NCBI GenBank assembly: GCA_000320545.1
Contig: ADNK01002641.1
Location: 1-64,000, forward strand
From: Bigelowiella natans CCMP2755
Taxonomy: Eukaryota; Protista; Cercozoa
DNA: 64,000 nt
Direction of reading: 5' to 3'
The translations under genes and the position numbers were made by a program. Positions 28,045 through 41,600 of the stretch are shown in pieces (position 1 is the stretch's first letter; each line of letters begins with the position of its first letter). The notes beneath the pieces were generated by a model, which was not told the DNA's origin, made no database searches, and worked only from the letters and a program-made list of their open reading frames with translations.

Positions 28045-28842
28045 CTATTTGTTGTGCAACCGATCGGCAATATCAAAACTATCTAAACCTTGTGTGCGAT
28101 TAAAGCATTTTACTCCACTCGGTACCTCCCACCGTGAAGGCTTGCTGGGACCTGGAATGTAATTCAAGGAGTAATCGAACACGAAGCAATCTCGATGGAT
28201 TGGTATTGCTGGTCTTAAAGGAATTGATTGAGTCCATTGGAAACGAAGAATTGGCTTCGTCTTATCAGGCTGAGCAGTTGCGGAAAGTATATACGTGTAA
28301 TTGCGGGTGACGTTAAGACGAGTCCCATTCGGCATAGGGGTAAGTTCAACAGATGACCACTGCCATGTTTCGTTTTGTTGATTCTTCTTTAGCAAAGTTG
28401 TGTTCTCGTAAAACATGCCAAGGATGCCAGTAAACATTGAGTCAAAATCTCCCCAATTCCCAAAACGTGGCGGACAAACCCTTGATCCATTTGCGCAAAT
28501 ACTCGGGGGCAATGGTTCAGAGGTACACGCAAAGCCACCGGGTGCATCACGTGCTTCTGTGAGGTCCACTTCAGTAGGGGGATCCTCTTCAAAAAGAGCA
28601 AGGTGAGTAGTGTTAGGAGTTGGGTCTACCTTGGCAAGACCAGTGTTACTCTGTGCAAGCCTTTTGTTCTTTGCATCGAACCACACTTTAGATATTACTG
28701 GAGCGGTTTCCAACATTTCATATGCAGCAATGCAACCGTCACCATCGTGCCCATAGCCCTCCCCGACTCGCATGTATGTGGAGAACTGCAGCGTTGCGTC
28801 TGGCCTGGCCAGAACCCTAGCCACAAAAACCAACAGCCACAT
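28045..28842 (-). CDS. Intronless secreted protein, possibly ependymin-related (EPDR/LolA-like fold)
   Basis: Clean 265-aa ORF with a short signal peptide and several N-glycosylation sequons. Motifs QFS, VWFDAKNKR and C-terminal FDYSLNYIPG...WEVPSGVKC resemble ependymin-related proteins. The ORF is solid; the family call is tentative. Confidence 0.65.
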   Translation of the reverse strand: MWLLVFVARVLARPDATLQFSTYMRVGEGYGHDGDGCIAAYEMLETAPVISKVWFDAKNKRLAQSNTGLAKVDPTPNTTHLALFEEDPPTEVDLTEARDAPGGFACTSEPLPPSICANGSRVCPPRFGNWGDFDSMFTGILGMFYENTTLLKKNQQNETWQWSSVELTPMPNGTRLNVTRNYTYILSATAQPDKTKPILRFQWTQSIPLRPAIPIHRDCFVFDYSLNYIPGPSKPSRWEVPSGVKCFNRTQGLDSFDIADRLHNK

Positions 28843-29189
28843 GACTCCTCCGAAACTTTACCTTTTTGGGAAGGGGATCTGTAAAAGAGGCGTTACGTGT
28901 TTCCTCGTTTCATCCGAAAACTGACCGAGAAATGTTGACCAAACTGCTACAGTAGATCTACATCATCATTGACAAAACGCTACAACGTGGGGCACACATC
29001 CTACCAACAGTAGTACATGTACCCCTTCGATGAACGAATCTAAATCCCGGGTTTATTGCATTAATACCGGGGGTAGATTCCAATCCGAACGACTTCTCGC
29101 CAACTACAGAGCGAGCATCCAAAGGGGAAATGGAAGCTGTAAAGGTTCATTTTAAGCAGTGGATGCATTGAGCCTAGTCTCCCCAGCTC

Positions 29190-29950
29190 AACATATGTAC
29201 ATGTATGCACATACACATACATGTATGTGTGCACATGTGTGTAGCCATGTGCATGCACATGCACATGCACATGCACATGCACATGCACACATGCATGTGT
29301 GCACAAAGTGCCGCCACTCTTTGGCCCTCGCGTGCTGCAGATCAGATGAACCCAGTGACAACATTGTGTGCACATCATGCACACGTCTTTGCACATCACA
29401 TGCACGTATTTCCACGACAGTTGATGTATGTCAGCATGCAACGATTGGAATGTCGTGACGCAACGATCAGCAAAGCGTTCATCGGCTTGAAAGAGCTGGG
29501 CTGCACAGCAAGCTAGCAGGTGTTGTTACAGCGCTGTGGCACTCAGTCCAACTTAGCAAACAAAGTGAAGTAACACCTGACACAAACTGTCAGCAGAGAC
29601 ACTTTTGTGTCGCGATCACCATTTCATGCGGACATGCTGCATGCGCATACTAGATGTTTTTGCGACGCGTCGCCAGCTAGCCAGGTCTGAGGTTGTGCGC
29701 GCGTGTCGTTATGAAACACGTGCATGTTGTGCTTTCATGCACCTTGATCAAGGAGTATGCGTGTGCAGGCGGGCACATCTAGACTGCACGTGTTCTCACA
29801 ATTTCCCGGGCGGAAACGTCATTTGCGCACACCCAGCCTAGCAGTCTAGCAGTGCGTGATGTATTCTTGCTAGAAAGCCTCACATGCAAACCCACCTTAT
29901 CACTGCTATGCATCCCTCACGAACTCACAAACGTAACTTGTGCATGTTAC
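29190..29950. other. TpA-depleted intergenic domain 4 with an alternating purine-pyrimidine tract
   Basis: TA declines through 29190-29245; (atgcac)n array at ~29253-29288; later survivors are frequently ctag. Confidence 0.7.
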
Positions 29951-30000
29951 GTTACTAACGTCACAACTGCATATTTTACTGCATTGAAAGTCATCTCCAA

Positions 30001-30968
30001 TCAAATGTGAATGGGTTCATAATTCCAAGTGTCTGGAAAGGCATCGAAGACAAAATCTCCCGGCTTGTGCTGAATGAGAAATGCGAAATTCAATGATTGT
30101 TGCATGATATGCAGGTTTTTATGTGCAATATAATCAATTATCAGACAATAAAACCACCATACTTTTGACATATATAGATCATTACTCAACGCAAAATGCA
30201 ACTGAAGAATTAGAGTAGATAACAAATGTAACAACAATCACATACCACCACCACTACCATCTCGGCCATCATGATCATCATCATCATCATCATCATCATT
30301 AACATCATCAGCACCAGCACTAGCAGAAGCAGCACATCACCTTTGGATCTAGTGTTAATTGTGTACAAACATCGAAGGCGTAGAAACCAAGTCTATAAAC
30401 AACGTTATCAAATGATTTGTGAGACATGACAGACGACCGCAGCAGCAGCAGGGAGTTACTACTACGACAACTACTACTACTACTACTACTATTACTTTCC
30501 AAACCAGGACGTTCTAGTCAAAAGAATAATAGAATAATTCAAACGTGGATACTCACTCACACTATCTTTTAAGTTTTGTAACATCAACACCAATTTATTA
30601 TTAAAATTCTGCCACCTATCACGTACAACCAACATGGGAGAAAGTAAGTAAGTAAATAAGTAAGTAAGTAGTACCCAAATATGTATCTTATTGGATCTTC
30701 ATAGCACCAGTAGCAACTTATGGAAGCTATGATCAGAAACGATCCACCAATTGCCATCTTGGAGTATTTATTGTTGTCGCATACAAACAAAAAATTGAGA
30801 AATTATATAGCACATTATTATCGTCGTCATCATCATCATTATCATCATCATATGCTTGTAGTACGTACTTCTTCTTCCTCTATTAAAACATACAGGTATT
30901 GCCAACAACATATTAAACTCATTTTTAAAAAATATGCTTTGCAAACACAACGTATTAGGATTACAACG

Positions 30969-31000
<32 letters not shown>

Positions 31001-31831
31001 CTGTATTATTTCTAACAAATGAGCAGTTTGATCATGATCATCATCACCATTACTATCGTGCTGCTGCTGCTGCTGTGTCTTATGGATATTCATCATCATC
31101 ATCATCCATGAAGGGCAAAGAAAGGAACACTGTCGAAAGCTGCACGATACGCCAATGATTAACATCTGTATATTATCATTATAATGTTATAATTATTATG
31201 CCCAAAGAAGCTCTGGAATTGATGGTGGTGCTGGTGGTGGTCACTGTGATCGACGACGATGATGATGATGATAATTAATACGAATTTCAACCAAAAATGA
31301 AGGCGGTAAAACATGTAGACAGACGACAAGATCGCATTAAGATGACAACTGTGAACGATGATATTATGAGAAAATAGAACACTATGACCGGGATAGAAGC
31401 TATAATGCAGATGATGATGATCATTCCTACTGTAACTGTAGTAAGGATGTAAAGTTATTAATAGTTTGCAGTGCAAGACGACTTCGTTGTGTGAAAATAA
31501 TACGATATTACGATGATAAATGACAGCGATGATGGCAATAAATACGTTGTAGTTGTTGTTATTTGTGGTTGTATGTAGCAGGAGGCAAAGATGATGCCGA
31601 CAAGACATGTTTAGTGAATGATCGCACAAATAATACCCCAAAAAAAAGGAGGTATCTTGAGATTTATTATTATGAAGGATAAGTGAGAATGAGTATGAAA
31701 CAATGGCTGCTGTTGCTACTACTACTTCAATTATTACACTACTACTTACTTATTACCTGCACAACAATTTCTGCAGATGTACCTGGTTTTGCTTACAGTA
31801 GGAGGCTTCTGAACGATTTGTCGGATTAAAT

Positions 31832-31867
<36 letters not shown>

Positions 31868-32516
31868 CAACAACAAGACACAAGAGGCGATTCTGTTAGA
31901 TTACTGAATGAGGAAATAAATATGTAGGGGTGGTGGCAGCTGCTACGAAGATATTGTTAAAATTAGCATTCAGTAGAACCAGGACGAATGATTCTAACCA
32001 TAATAGAATTATTATTATTGCCATTACTACTACCACCACTACTATTACAACTACTAGTACAAACACTACAACATTAGCTACTGCTGGTGCTACCTACCGG
32101 GGTATGGTAATAGTGCTTGGTCCCGTCCTCCTCCTCCTCCTCCTCCTCCTCCTCCTTCTCTTCCTTCTCTTGCTTCCGATAGTAGTTCTGCTGCTGATGA
32201 TGATGATGATGTCGCTGCTGCTTCTGCTGCGATGATGATAGTTGGATTGCATCCTCTAGCAGCGAAATTCGACGTCGCTAACATTATTATCATTATTATT
32301 ATTATTATGATTATTATGATTATTATCGAATTTCCTATCTGATATGCTACTGTTCTCCCTCCTCCTGCCCCTCCTCCTTCCACTGGACAATATCGATCAC
32401 CATCATATATATCCTGTCCCCCCTTCTTCCACTTGGACGATATCGATCACCATTATCTATCTTCTTTTTGTTTATCCTCGTACGCACCCACGCATTAGCT
32501 ATTCTTTCTTGCACTA

Positions 32517-32564
<48 letters not shown>

Positions 32565-33061
32565 TTCTCAATTCTCTCTTCCCGTCCCGCCCTCCTTACC
32601 ATCATGCCGTTTGCAGCTCTAAGTTCATTGAGGGATAATTGGACAGCGTGTATACTACTTTGAGCTGCTGAATGAACAAACACGATAATCAAAAGGAAAA
32701 GATAGTGTAGTATAAGCTACTACGCATGTTTTCATTAAATAAAACAGTTGAAGGAGTACTACTAGTAGTTGTTTGTAGCATACGTGCTCAATGAATCAGT
32801 CACTAATATTTCTCACTCATAAACAAAAAAAGTCAGAAAGCTGGGTCAGCAGCATCAACCACCACCTCCACAAGCAGATGATGGAAATGCATGATACATG
32901 ATTATATCACAAGCCATAACCCAATTATTCAGCACTCTAATTGTGCTCTTCTATCGTTGATGTCGCACCATTATTTATTATCTAATTAATGCTGTTTTTG
33001 CTTCTATCTGAACCTTCTGTTCCTCCTCCTCCTCCTCCTCCTCCTCCTCCTCCTCCTAATT

Positions 33062-33097
<36 letters not shown>

Positions 33098-33830
33098 ATG
33101 CTTTCGAGGTCCTATGAACAAGAATAAAGATTACTTCGTAATATCATCGGTTTGTTTATAACATGTGCACTGTACTTTGCATCTGCTACTAAATGTAATG
33201 AAGCAGTAGCACAATGCTCTTTCAACATTATCTATCCTATCGCTGATTGATTGATTGATTGATTTCTTGTTGTTCGTTCACACTGGCAACATCGTAATTG
33301 GTGCTCCTTAGGTTGCAATGCTACAATTCATTGAAACATCATGCTTGAAATATTGTGGGTGTTGTTTCTTCCTAATGCTACAATTCATTGAAACATCATG
33401 CTTGAAATATTGTGGGTGTTGTTTCTTCCTTCCTTTCCTGATGGCACTACTACTTACTGTAGGTACATGTATGAATCATCAAACCTTGATTTTCTCATAT
33501 TTCTGTTATTTGTGCGCAGCCCTTCATCATTAAGAGATTCTGCACTAGTAGTATTACTATTACTCCTTCTACTCGAGGGCCTCTTGTTTGTTTTCGTTTC
33601 TATAGAAAATTGTCGTTGTAGTGATAGTAATCGGGCTTCTAACTTTGATAGCCTCCTTTTAAGGACAGTTTCGAAGGTCCCCTCGAGATTATTCTTAGAA
33701 TGCCAATAAAAATTAAATATAGTTAAGGTCGCGTACACACGAATTACTGAATATTATTTTGTTCGTACCAAACGAGCCTCTGTCTGCATTTGCCACACAC
33801 TCATGCTGAACAAACTTTCGCTACCCAGAA
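30001..33830 (-). CDS. Hypothetical multi-exon, probably membrane protein
   Basis: Exon-like segments: 33705-33460 (coiled-coil-like KRRLSKLEARLLSLQ), hydrophobic blocks at 31610-31290 and 30780-30672, and a terminal exon ...FDAFPDTWNYEPIHI* at 30001. Full model not resolved. Confidence 0.4.
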
Positions 33831-35277
33831 TTAAAGCAGTTATAAGATATGAACTACGTTGTGTGATATGGGCTTCAATGCACTTATTATAGTTGTAACC
33901 TACAGCATCATTCAAAATACAATCACGAAGGCCGGAATTAATGAACGATACGACGGTGCAATTAATAGTTTTAAGAGAAAATATTTGTAGGGGAGATGAA
34001 CGGGAAGCGGAGTGACAGACAGATGGCGAAGGGGGACGTTGATGCTGATAATGATGACGATAATGATAACTATAATGATGACCATGACTATAACAAAGAT
34101 GAAATTTTATTATAAAAGCTTATGGTCAACATAATTCGTTATGGGTCAAAAGTAATGACGATGACAATTCGTACAGTAGATGTGTGTTCTCTTTTCTCTC
34201 GAAAGGTCATCATGTTCGAGATTCAATTGAAAAATGATTTGAATGGTCAAATGTCGGAGGAAGGAAAAACAGCAAATGTTTTGCTCGACTATGTGCGAAT
34301 AGGAGCCTTTACCAATCCCTTTATTTGGGACTCATTCGGATGACGATCCATCGTTCATCGTTCCAAAGGGAAGCTAGTCGGTACAATTAAAGATATACGG
34401 AGAACGACATCATATATAAGTTGTCGTAATTTGAAAAGATCTTGAACATCAATACATTTCTTCAGAATAGGGTACCGGTATGGATTTTATCTGCTTTTTC
34501 AATCTAATTTACTGAAAAAAAACCAAATCGGCTTCAAAAGAATCTTCCGCTTTGTTACGAGCCAAAATAAGACTATCAACACCTATCTTTCGATCTATAT
34601 TTTTTTTTAAATCTGTGTAGTCTTTTTAATCTTGACTATGAGATGTTGTCACACCTTAAGGATCCAAGGGTACAAAGAGAAAATACTGTCCAATAATATA
34701 TTTTCAAAGTTTGAAAGCACAAAAAAAATACAGCAAAAGAGGAACAGAAGGCGAAAAAAATAGACATTAATGGTCTAATATTTTAAAATACGACATAAAT
34801 CATAGCATGACGCTGTGCATAAATAAGGCTTAATGAATCAACTATTGAATAGACCAAATTGGAGGCGTTTTTAAATGCGAATCCACAAGGAATAAACAAA
34901 ATACACAAAAGGTATTAATATGTCTTAAATCATTATTAGGAAGATTTCTGTCAGAATTTAGTACAAGAAGCTTATAATTAAAGTTGTCGTCATATATTGT
35001 AAAAATCCTTTTTTAAGCAAATTACTCGAAGAATAACAAAATCATTAGTTAGGTCTAACATATGGTTCTCATAAAATTTCGTTAGTCATCCCCGTGGCTG
35101 CCACGAGACAACACCCAATCCACTCGTTTGGTGAGTGAGGGTTGCCGTTCTCTTCTGTCTATACTTTTATTTGTAATTTTAGCGCTGGATTCAGCCAGAT
35201 TTATATTTCTGCCAGTCGATTTTTTGCTAAGTTTGTCGAATTTAGATAGTTGCCTTCTATCAGGTTCCTCGAGCAAG

Positions 35278-35737
35278 ATGCAACAAAGCTCTCTTCTCCT
35301 TCTCAATGCCCTTCTTCTCTCTGCCGTCGTGATGATGATGATCCAAGTTCCTATTGGACAAAATTTGGGGTTATCATCTATGTCTCGTAGCACCCTATCC
35401 ACCGTATCGACGACAACGAGTGCACCCAGGGTGCCGTCGTCGGCTTGCTCATCACCATCAGCAGCTCTTTCCCGTGTTCGAGTTTTCGCGCAGGAGAAGC
35501 AGCAGCAGCTGTCACGTCGTGAAATGATGACATTTGGAGGTCTTACAGGCGCTGCAACTATTTCTTCAATCCCAAAGTCTGCGCAAGCAGGATTGTTTGG
35601 GCCAAGCCAAAGGGAGAAATATGAACAAGAGACCTCTGCCTTTCTTAAGTACTGTTGCTTGCCCACTACACGCAATTATATGAGAGAAATGGACAACAGA
35701 CAATTTATATTTATTTACACACAGACACGCACGCACA

Positions 35738-35789
<52 letters not shown>

Positions 35790-36769
35790 ATACCTAAAAG
35801 CATACATTAGATAGAGTTGGTCGAGAAAGGAAGACTGGACGAAGAAGGGGTTAGGGTTTGAAAGAAATTGTAGAGAAGAAGAATGAATGATGAGAAGAAA
35901 GGAAAACAGTGATAAGAAGAAGGAAGGGGTTTGAAAGGAATTAGAAAGGTGACAGAATGTAGTCGATGAAAATGCATCTCTATTATTGTAGTATATTCCA
36001 TGGACGACGATAACTCATATAATTTCAAAATGATACTACGTGCTTGTTCTTATGATTCTTCTTGTTGTGTAAAACCAACGACCTGCTACTACTAGACTGT
36101 TGCAGGATACTCTCGCGATCCCATCCAGTGATGATGCGAAGAAAGAGGCGGTCTTAAATCTTAAGGCTGAAGGAAACCGATGGGTACGTAAACTTCACTT
36201 GGCTGTTTGCTCGAAAAAGATGACATGAAAACCTTAATTATTATGTCTATAGTGATGGGGGGCGGTTAATGATGCCGTGTTGAACAATTTATTCGCGCCT
36301 ATGTTAACTCTCATATTCACACACCATTATTAATGCCAAGTCGATATGCTTGTACCCGTAACCATAAATGATTAGGTGGCTAAATGGCGTAACAGCAAGA
36401 TGTCAAGTAGTCCCTCGTTTGGCAACCTTTACAGCGTAATCAATGCAGTCAACGGGCATTATAACACCTTTGGACCTCAAAGCAACTTGCCTAAAAAAAG
36501 GATGGCAAGGTAGTATATGATACTTTATTCGTTCCCTATTTAGTCATGCAAGATGGTTTTCCACAACACTTGGAAATGTTAGATTTAAAACTCACACCAC
36601 CCAAAACACTAGAGTCTATACGCACGCATACTCACACACACACACACACACACACGCATATGTATGTATATATGCTCATCATGTAAGTGGGTCGACCAGG
36701 CGATGATTCAAACAAAACAAAACACATATTTATAGAAGAAACCAGTGCAAGGGTTGAATAATTGCACAT

Positions 36770-36810
<41 letters not shown>

Positions 36811-37016
36811 TGTGTGTGTGTGTGTGTGTGCGTGTGTGTAAGATATTATATCAAGATACACCTGTAATGTGGTGCATGGGAGATAAAGGGAGGGGTGTAT
36901 AAAGTAGTTCTTGTATTACATGCATCATTCACTTACGTATCATTGAATTACTTTCTCTGCTCAGAGTCGACAAGGAAATTGCAGATGCTACCAAGTATCT
37001 TGCAAAGGGGCGATAA
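35278..37016 (+). CDS. psb27: Photosystem II assembly factor Psb27, nucleus-encoded, thylakoid-lumen targeted
   Basis: Four exons (35278-35648, 36096-36183, 36376-36509, 36965-37016) give ...NRWVAKWRNSKMSSSPSFGNLYSVINAVNGHYNTFGPQSNLPKKRMARVDKEIADATKYLAKGR*, matching the Psb27 SF-x-x-x-Y-x-x-x-NA-x-x-GHY...P-x-KR...GR signature. The leader is a signal peptide + Ser-rich transit peptide + SRR...AQA TAT signal. Confidence 0.93.
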
Positions 37017-38104
37017 TCCAAGGCATCATAACTATGCTGCGGGTAGCGCACACTGTTAACTATTCATGGCAAATCAAGAAATGAATCCCTTACGCCACGG
37101 TCGTGTCAACAGCATGTGTGTGATATCTCAACACAACTTGGAACTCGCTGGTCGCAGCCAAACTTTATGTCATTTGTGATGTGAATGCATTTTTCAAACT
37201 ATTGACAGCGTAGACCTTGGGGAAAAGAGTTTGCATGCAGCATGTGCAATCTTGCAATGCCCGTGCTTCAGGCAACATTGGATGTGTCTAGAGTGTCTCA
37301 TTTCAACAGTCACAGCACATGCTAGCATGGGGGAAATTTGGAAATGTGCATGTACACTTCGCATTGCGCAATCACAATGATGGCAATGCTAAATGCAAAG
37401 GTCATACAGCAAACAAACGCATTGGCTTTCTGAACGCATGAGTTCATGCAGACACGACGATGTCATCTGATGAATGCTGGTTTGCAACTGTGCTTCTGTG
37501 TGATGAGATCGCCCATGCTAGCATGACCTTCGATCAGTGAGGCCAGCTCTGGAGCTGCAAAAGCTGCTGCTTCAAATCCTGAAGTGAGAGTGTGCCCGCA
37601 ATGAGAGAATCCGTCCCATCAGCAGCGTTGCAGCTAGAGTTCGGTGGCTGCAGCAAGCAAACAAAGAATCAAGTGCTAGAGTTGTGGTCCATCTTCTAGC
37701 TCTGTCTGGAGCTTGCTTCAGTGCGTGACACCAACCAGCTCTGAAGCTGGTTTTCGTCGCAGCCACACAAAGTGGTGTTCACTGCGACACCAACTCATGG
37801 GCAAAATCACTTTCGATTCAAGGTTCAAGGTTTGAGGTTCGTGTTCTTTCGATGTGGACACTTTGTTTGGGCACTTGCTAGCTTGTCGCACGGAAAAACA
37901 CACACGAAAAGAGCAGTCAAAAGGCAGAACAATCTCACGACATGCGTGTGAAACCACACCACAAAGCAGGTGGTCAGCCACTGCAGTGCCTGGTGGACAG
38001 TGCTCATCGTCGATCAATTGGACTGCTCTTGCTAGCTCGAGCTTGTGCTGCACGTGACCAGGTGAGGCGACAATGTCCGTGGATGCTGTCTCGGTCGATC
38101 ATGC

Positions 38105-38526
38105 TGCGACAACTGAGAGCAACCTCCCAGTGTCGGCTTCTGTCTCTGCCAAACTAGCAAGCTCGTCGCCGCTCATTCAGCAAAAACAATCAAACTTTCC
38201 AATGAACAATGAAACCCTGATGACATTGGTGACTTCAGAACACACGCATGTGCACGCTCAAACAAACACACTGACCGCTTTCAAACTTCTAGCGAACTGA
38301 CTGCTGGATGCGGGTTCGCTGCCATTGACCAATCGAGGCAGCCACGTGCACACAAACTTGGTTTTCCCAAACTGCTTGCTTCCCATTTGATGACTCAATT
38401 TGCTCATCAACTGACAGCACCAACTGAACCCAAAACTGCCAAAACTGCAGGGCATTTCAACGGGATCAACTTGACTCAATTGACCACTTTCAACGGTCAA
38501 ATTCCTTTGAACTTTCCGCCGTCACA
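38105..38526 (-). repeat. 3' LTR
   Basis: Direct repeat of 44179-44600 (offset 6074). Confidence 0.97.
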
Positions 38527-38529
38527 TCA

Positions 38530-38543
38530 TTCCCCCCTTTTTT
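38530..38543 (-). promoter_or_regulatory. Polypurine tract
   Basis: AAAAAAGGGGGGAA lies 3 nt upstream of the 3' LTR. Confidence 0.9.
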
Positions 38544-38641
38544 GAATTTGCGGACGTCGCAAAACTGACTTGATGCAACAATCCATGTGCTCTTGCACAA
38601 ACTGAACGGAACACTTGGAAACTTGGACTTCCATTGCAAGT

Positions 38642-41600
38642 TCAATGTGACACGAAGGCTCCACGATCAGGTGCCTTGCGGGTGCGAGTGTGCATCTGAA
38701 CGTTGCGTGCACTGATGTCAGCATCATCCTCTTCTTCCTCATCCCCCGATGAATCATCAAACAGATCTTGATCACTCTCCGACGAAGACGCTTCATCCTG
38801 TGGTGGCACTGCAGCTTCCGGTGATGCTGTGAAGGTGCCAAAGGGAGACAAGTGCTTTGCATGAACCACGTTTCGATGACTTGTTTCCGGATCTTCCACT
38901 CTGCAAGCATTGGAATCTCCAATGCTCGCTGTGATCAGGACGGGGCCTGTCTTTTTCAGCGCGAAATGCGGAGCAACACGATGCCCTTTGCGGTCCTCGT
39001 CACGGTGCAACCACACTGGATCCCCCACTTTGTGTCGTTTCAGTTGCCCCATCTTGTCATCACGTTCAAAGTTTTTCAAGAATCTCCATTCAGATCCATC
39101 CGTCAGGAACAACTGTCTCATCTTCTTCACAATTTGAGTCAATGTCGTCTCCGACTTTCTCCTCTCTCATGGGCATGCGTTTGCCGTTCAAGTCTCCTTC
39201 CAACTCAGGTTGAAACCCGAACAGGAGCTTGGCGTGCGAGTTTCCTCGAGCATCAGGTGACAAAGTGTCAGCTGAGAAGACAGCACGAGGCAATTCTTTG
39301 TGCCAATTGTGTCTCGATTCAGACTGTTGTGTGAGCTGTGCCAACATTCCGTCATCAAGCACTCTGTTCTTTCTTTCAATTGGTGAGTTGCCCGTTTTGG
39401 ATTTGCTCGATGTGGCAAGTTTTGCAAAACCGAATCTGTTCTTCAAGTGCAACATGACGCTGTTCACAAATTCAGGTCCCTGGTCAGTGAGGATCTTGCG
39501 CACCAAACACGACAATGAAGTCGAACAGAAACTCTGCCATGACTTCAGCGTCAAGTTTCTTGTGGCATTTCGCGAAAATGCATCCTGTCGACAAGATGCA
39601 CGCATTCAGTGTGCAGTGACACTTTCCTTCTGTGCGTCCAATGGCATCAACCGATGCGGCTTCCATTGCTCCTCTCATCTGCAGCTGCTTGCAAGGCAAT
39701 TGCTTCATGCGAGATTTTGTTCTGATGCACACCTGACAGGTTGCAACGTGTTTTTTGCATGAATGCGTCAAGCCTTTCCAGCAACATGCTTGCAGGATTT
39801 TTGTTGCCATGTCATTTGCATGTCTGTGATTTGCAAGATTCGTCGTGTGGTGGGCGTCCATGATTTTGGTCCGATGTTGATTGGGAACCACAATGAGCAA
39901 AGGGATGCTGTGGTCGTCGTTCTCACAGTCGCCGCACTTGCACAAGGTGTTGTCCACAATTTCACATTGTCCCGCAGCAAGAGCATGATTTGGATTGTCT
40001 TTGTTTTCTGGAGCTGCGAACATTTCAGTGAACTCTGCTCGTTGTTCCACAGGTAGGCGCTCAGATGACATGTCGCACTTGAGCTCCACCTCCACACTGT
40101 CCGACTGCAAAGGTGAGAACTCTGTTCCGCATTCCATTGTGTTGCAGTTCTCCACACATTCATCTGCTTCATGCGCCAACGCAGAGCACGGGTGCATCAT
40201 TGAGTCCCCGTCGAAGCGCGCAGCATTGACTTCAGGAGCAAGCTTGCTCTGGTTTGATTTGTTTTTTGTGTTCATCCTTTTGGAAAGGATGCGAAACTTG
40301 GACTCGTCAAAGCCCACCTTCTTCGCCACATCACAACACAGTTGTGAGCAAGTGAGTTCAACCTCTGCATCTGTGGGATGGCATCCAACTGCCGGTTGGT
40401 TGCAGCTCAAGCAGGTGCTGTTTTTCAATTTGTCACCAAAGTGTTTGAGCATTGCCGAAGCATGGTGGAGAGGGAAGAGATTGACCAGTGTTTCTTTGTC
40501 CGCATCATCTTCAACACTGTGTCCAGGCCCACCAATGCAATCCGCATTTTTGTGGCTCGGGCCCTCTCTGTGTTCAACACCCACTGGCATGTGCGAGTCA
40601 CAAGCTGCGGAGATTCTGGTGCAAGGTTCGCGCAATTGATCTTGTCCATGCACCACCATGTGCATGGCAACCTTTGCATCCATTCTCACACGCGTTGGAA
40701 ATCCCTCAATGAAGACACTGAAGTAGTCCAGACTCCTAGCACCGTTGTCAAATTCTTTTCTTGTTGCGTGCCATTTTGTCTGATGTTTCCGCCAGGTGAA
40801 GCTGAAGCAACACGTGAGGCGCTCCACCCCATCAACCACTTGAGACAGAGTGGCTCCACCAGCACACTTGGACGCATCCACATCCACAAGGAATGGACTC
40901 TCACGGGCAATGTGTTCGAACTTGGGTGTGCACAAAGACGAAGACTTCAGCACATCCCTCGCAGCATCTGAAGCCATCTGTTGTTCTTTTCCCCAGACTT
41001 GTGGAGCTGTTTTTGAATTCAGGATGCTGATGGGTCGAACAACATTCCAGAAGTCTTCAACGTGTCGCAGATGACAGATGAATGATCCCATGATGCGTTG
41101 CACCGATTTGAGGAATCGTGCTCCCTTTTCAGGTGGTTGGAGAGCACCCAGGGGACACATCCTCTTCGGGTCTGGGTGATGTTTGCCATTTTTCCTGACA
41201 ACTCCTGCCATGGATGACTCTTTTGGAAACGCTTGTGATTTTTTAGCAGATGGGTGCAAGTTCTTGGTCTCAGCCCTCTGCACAAATCTGGCAAACTCCA
41301 ACAATGCTGCCATGAACGTGTCCCCCATGTTGCAGTGATCATCCACATGAACCACAGTGTCGTTGAGTCCTTTGACAATTTGGATCATCAACCACGCAAA
41401 CATCTGAGGAGCACTTTTGCATCCAAATGGCAGGCCCAAACTTGATCTAGCACATTTCTGAGTTGCAAATGCGAAGGTCATTTGCGTTTTCTTTGTGCAC
41501 CCTGTCTGTGGCCAGCCTGATTTGGCGTCGGTTCATGTCACCCAGTTTTTCGTCATCACTTTCCGCATGGTGTTTTCCGTTGTCGGCACAACGAAGTGCA

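Noticed and set aside
41533-41535. Programmed stop-codon readthrough between gag and pol
   Set aside because: The TGA lies inside the RT domain just before the D-x-K-S-G motif, not at the gag/pol junction; a simple nonsense lesion is more likely.
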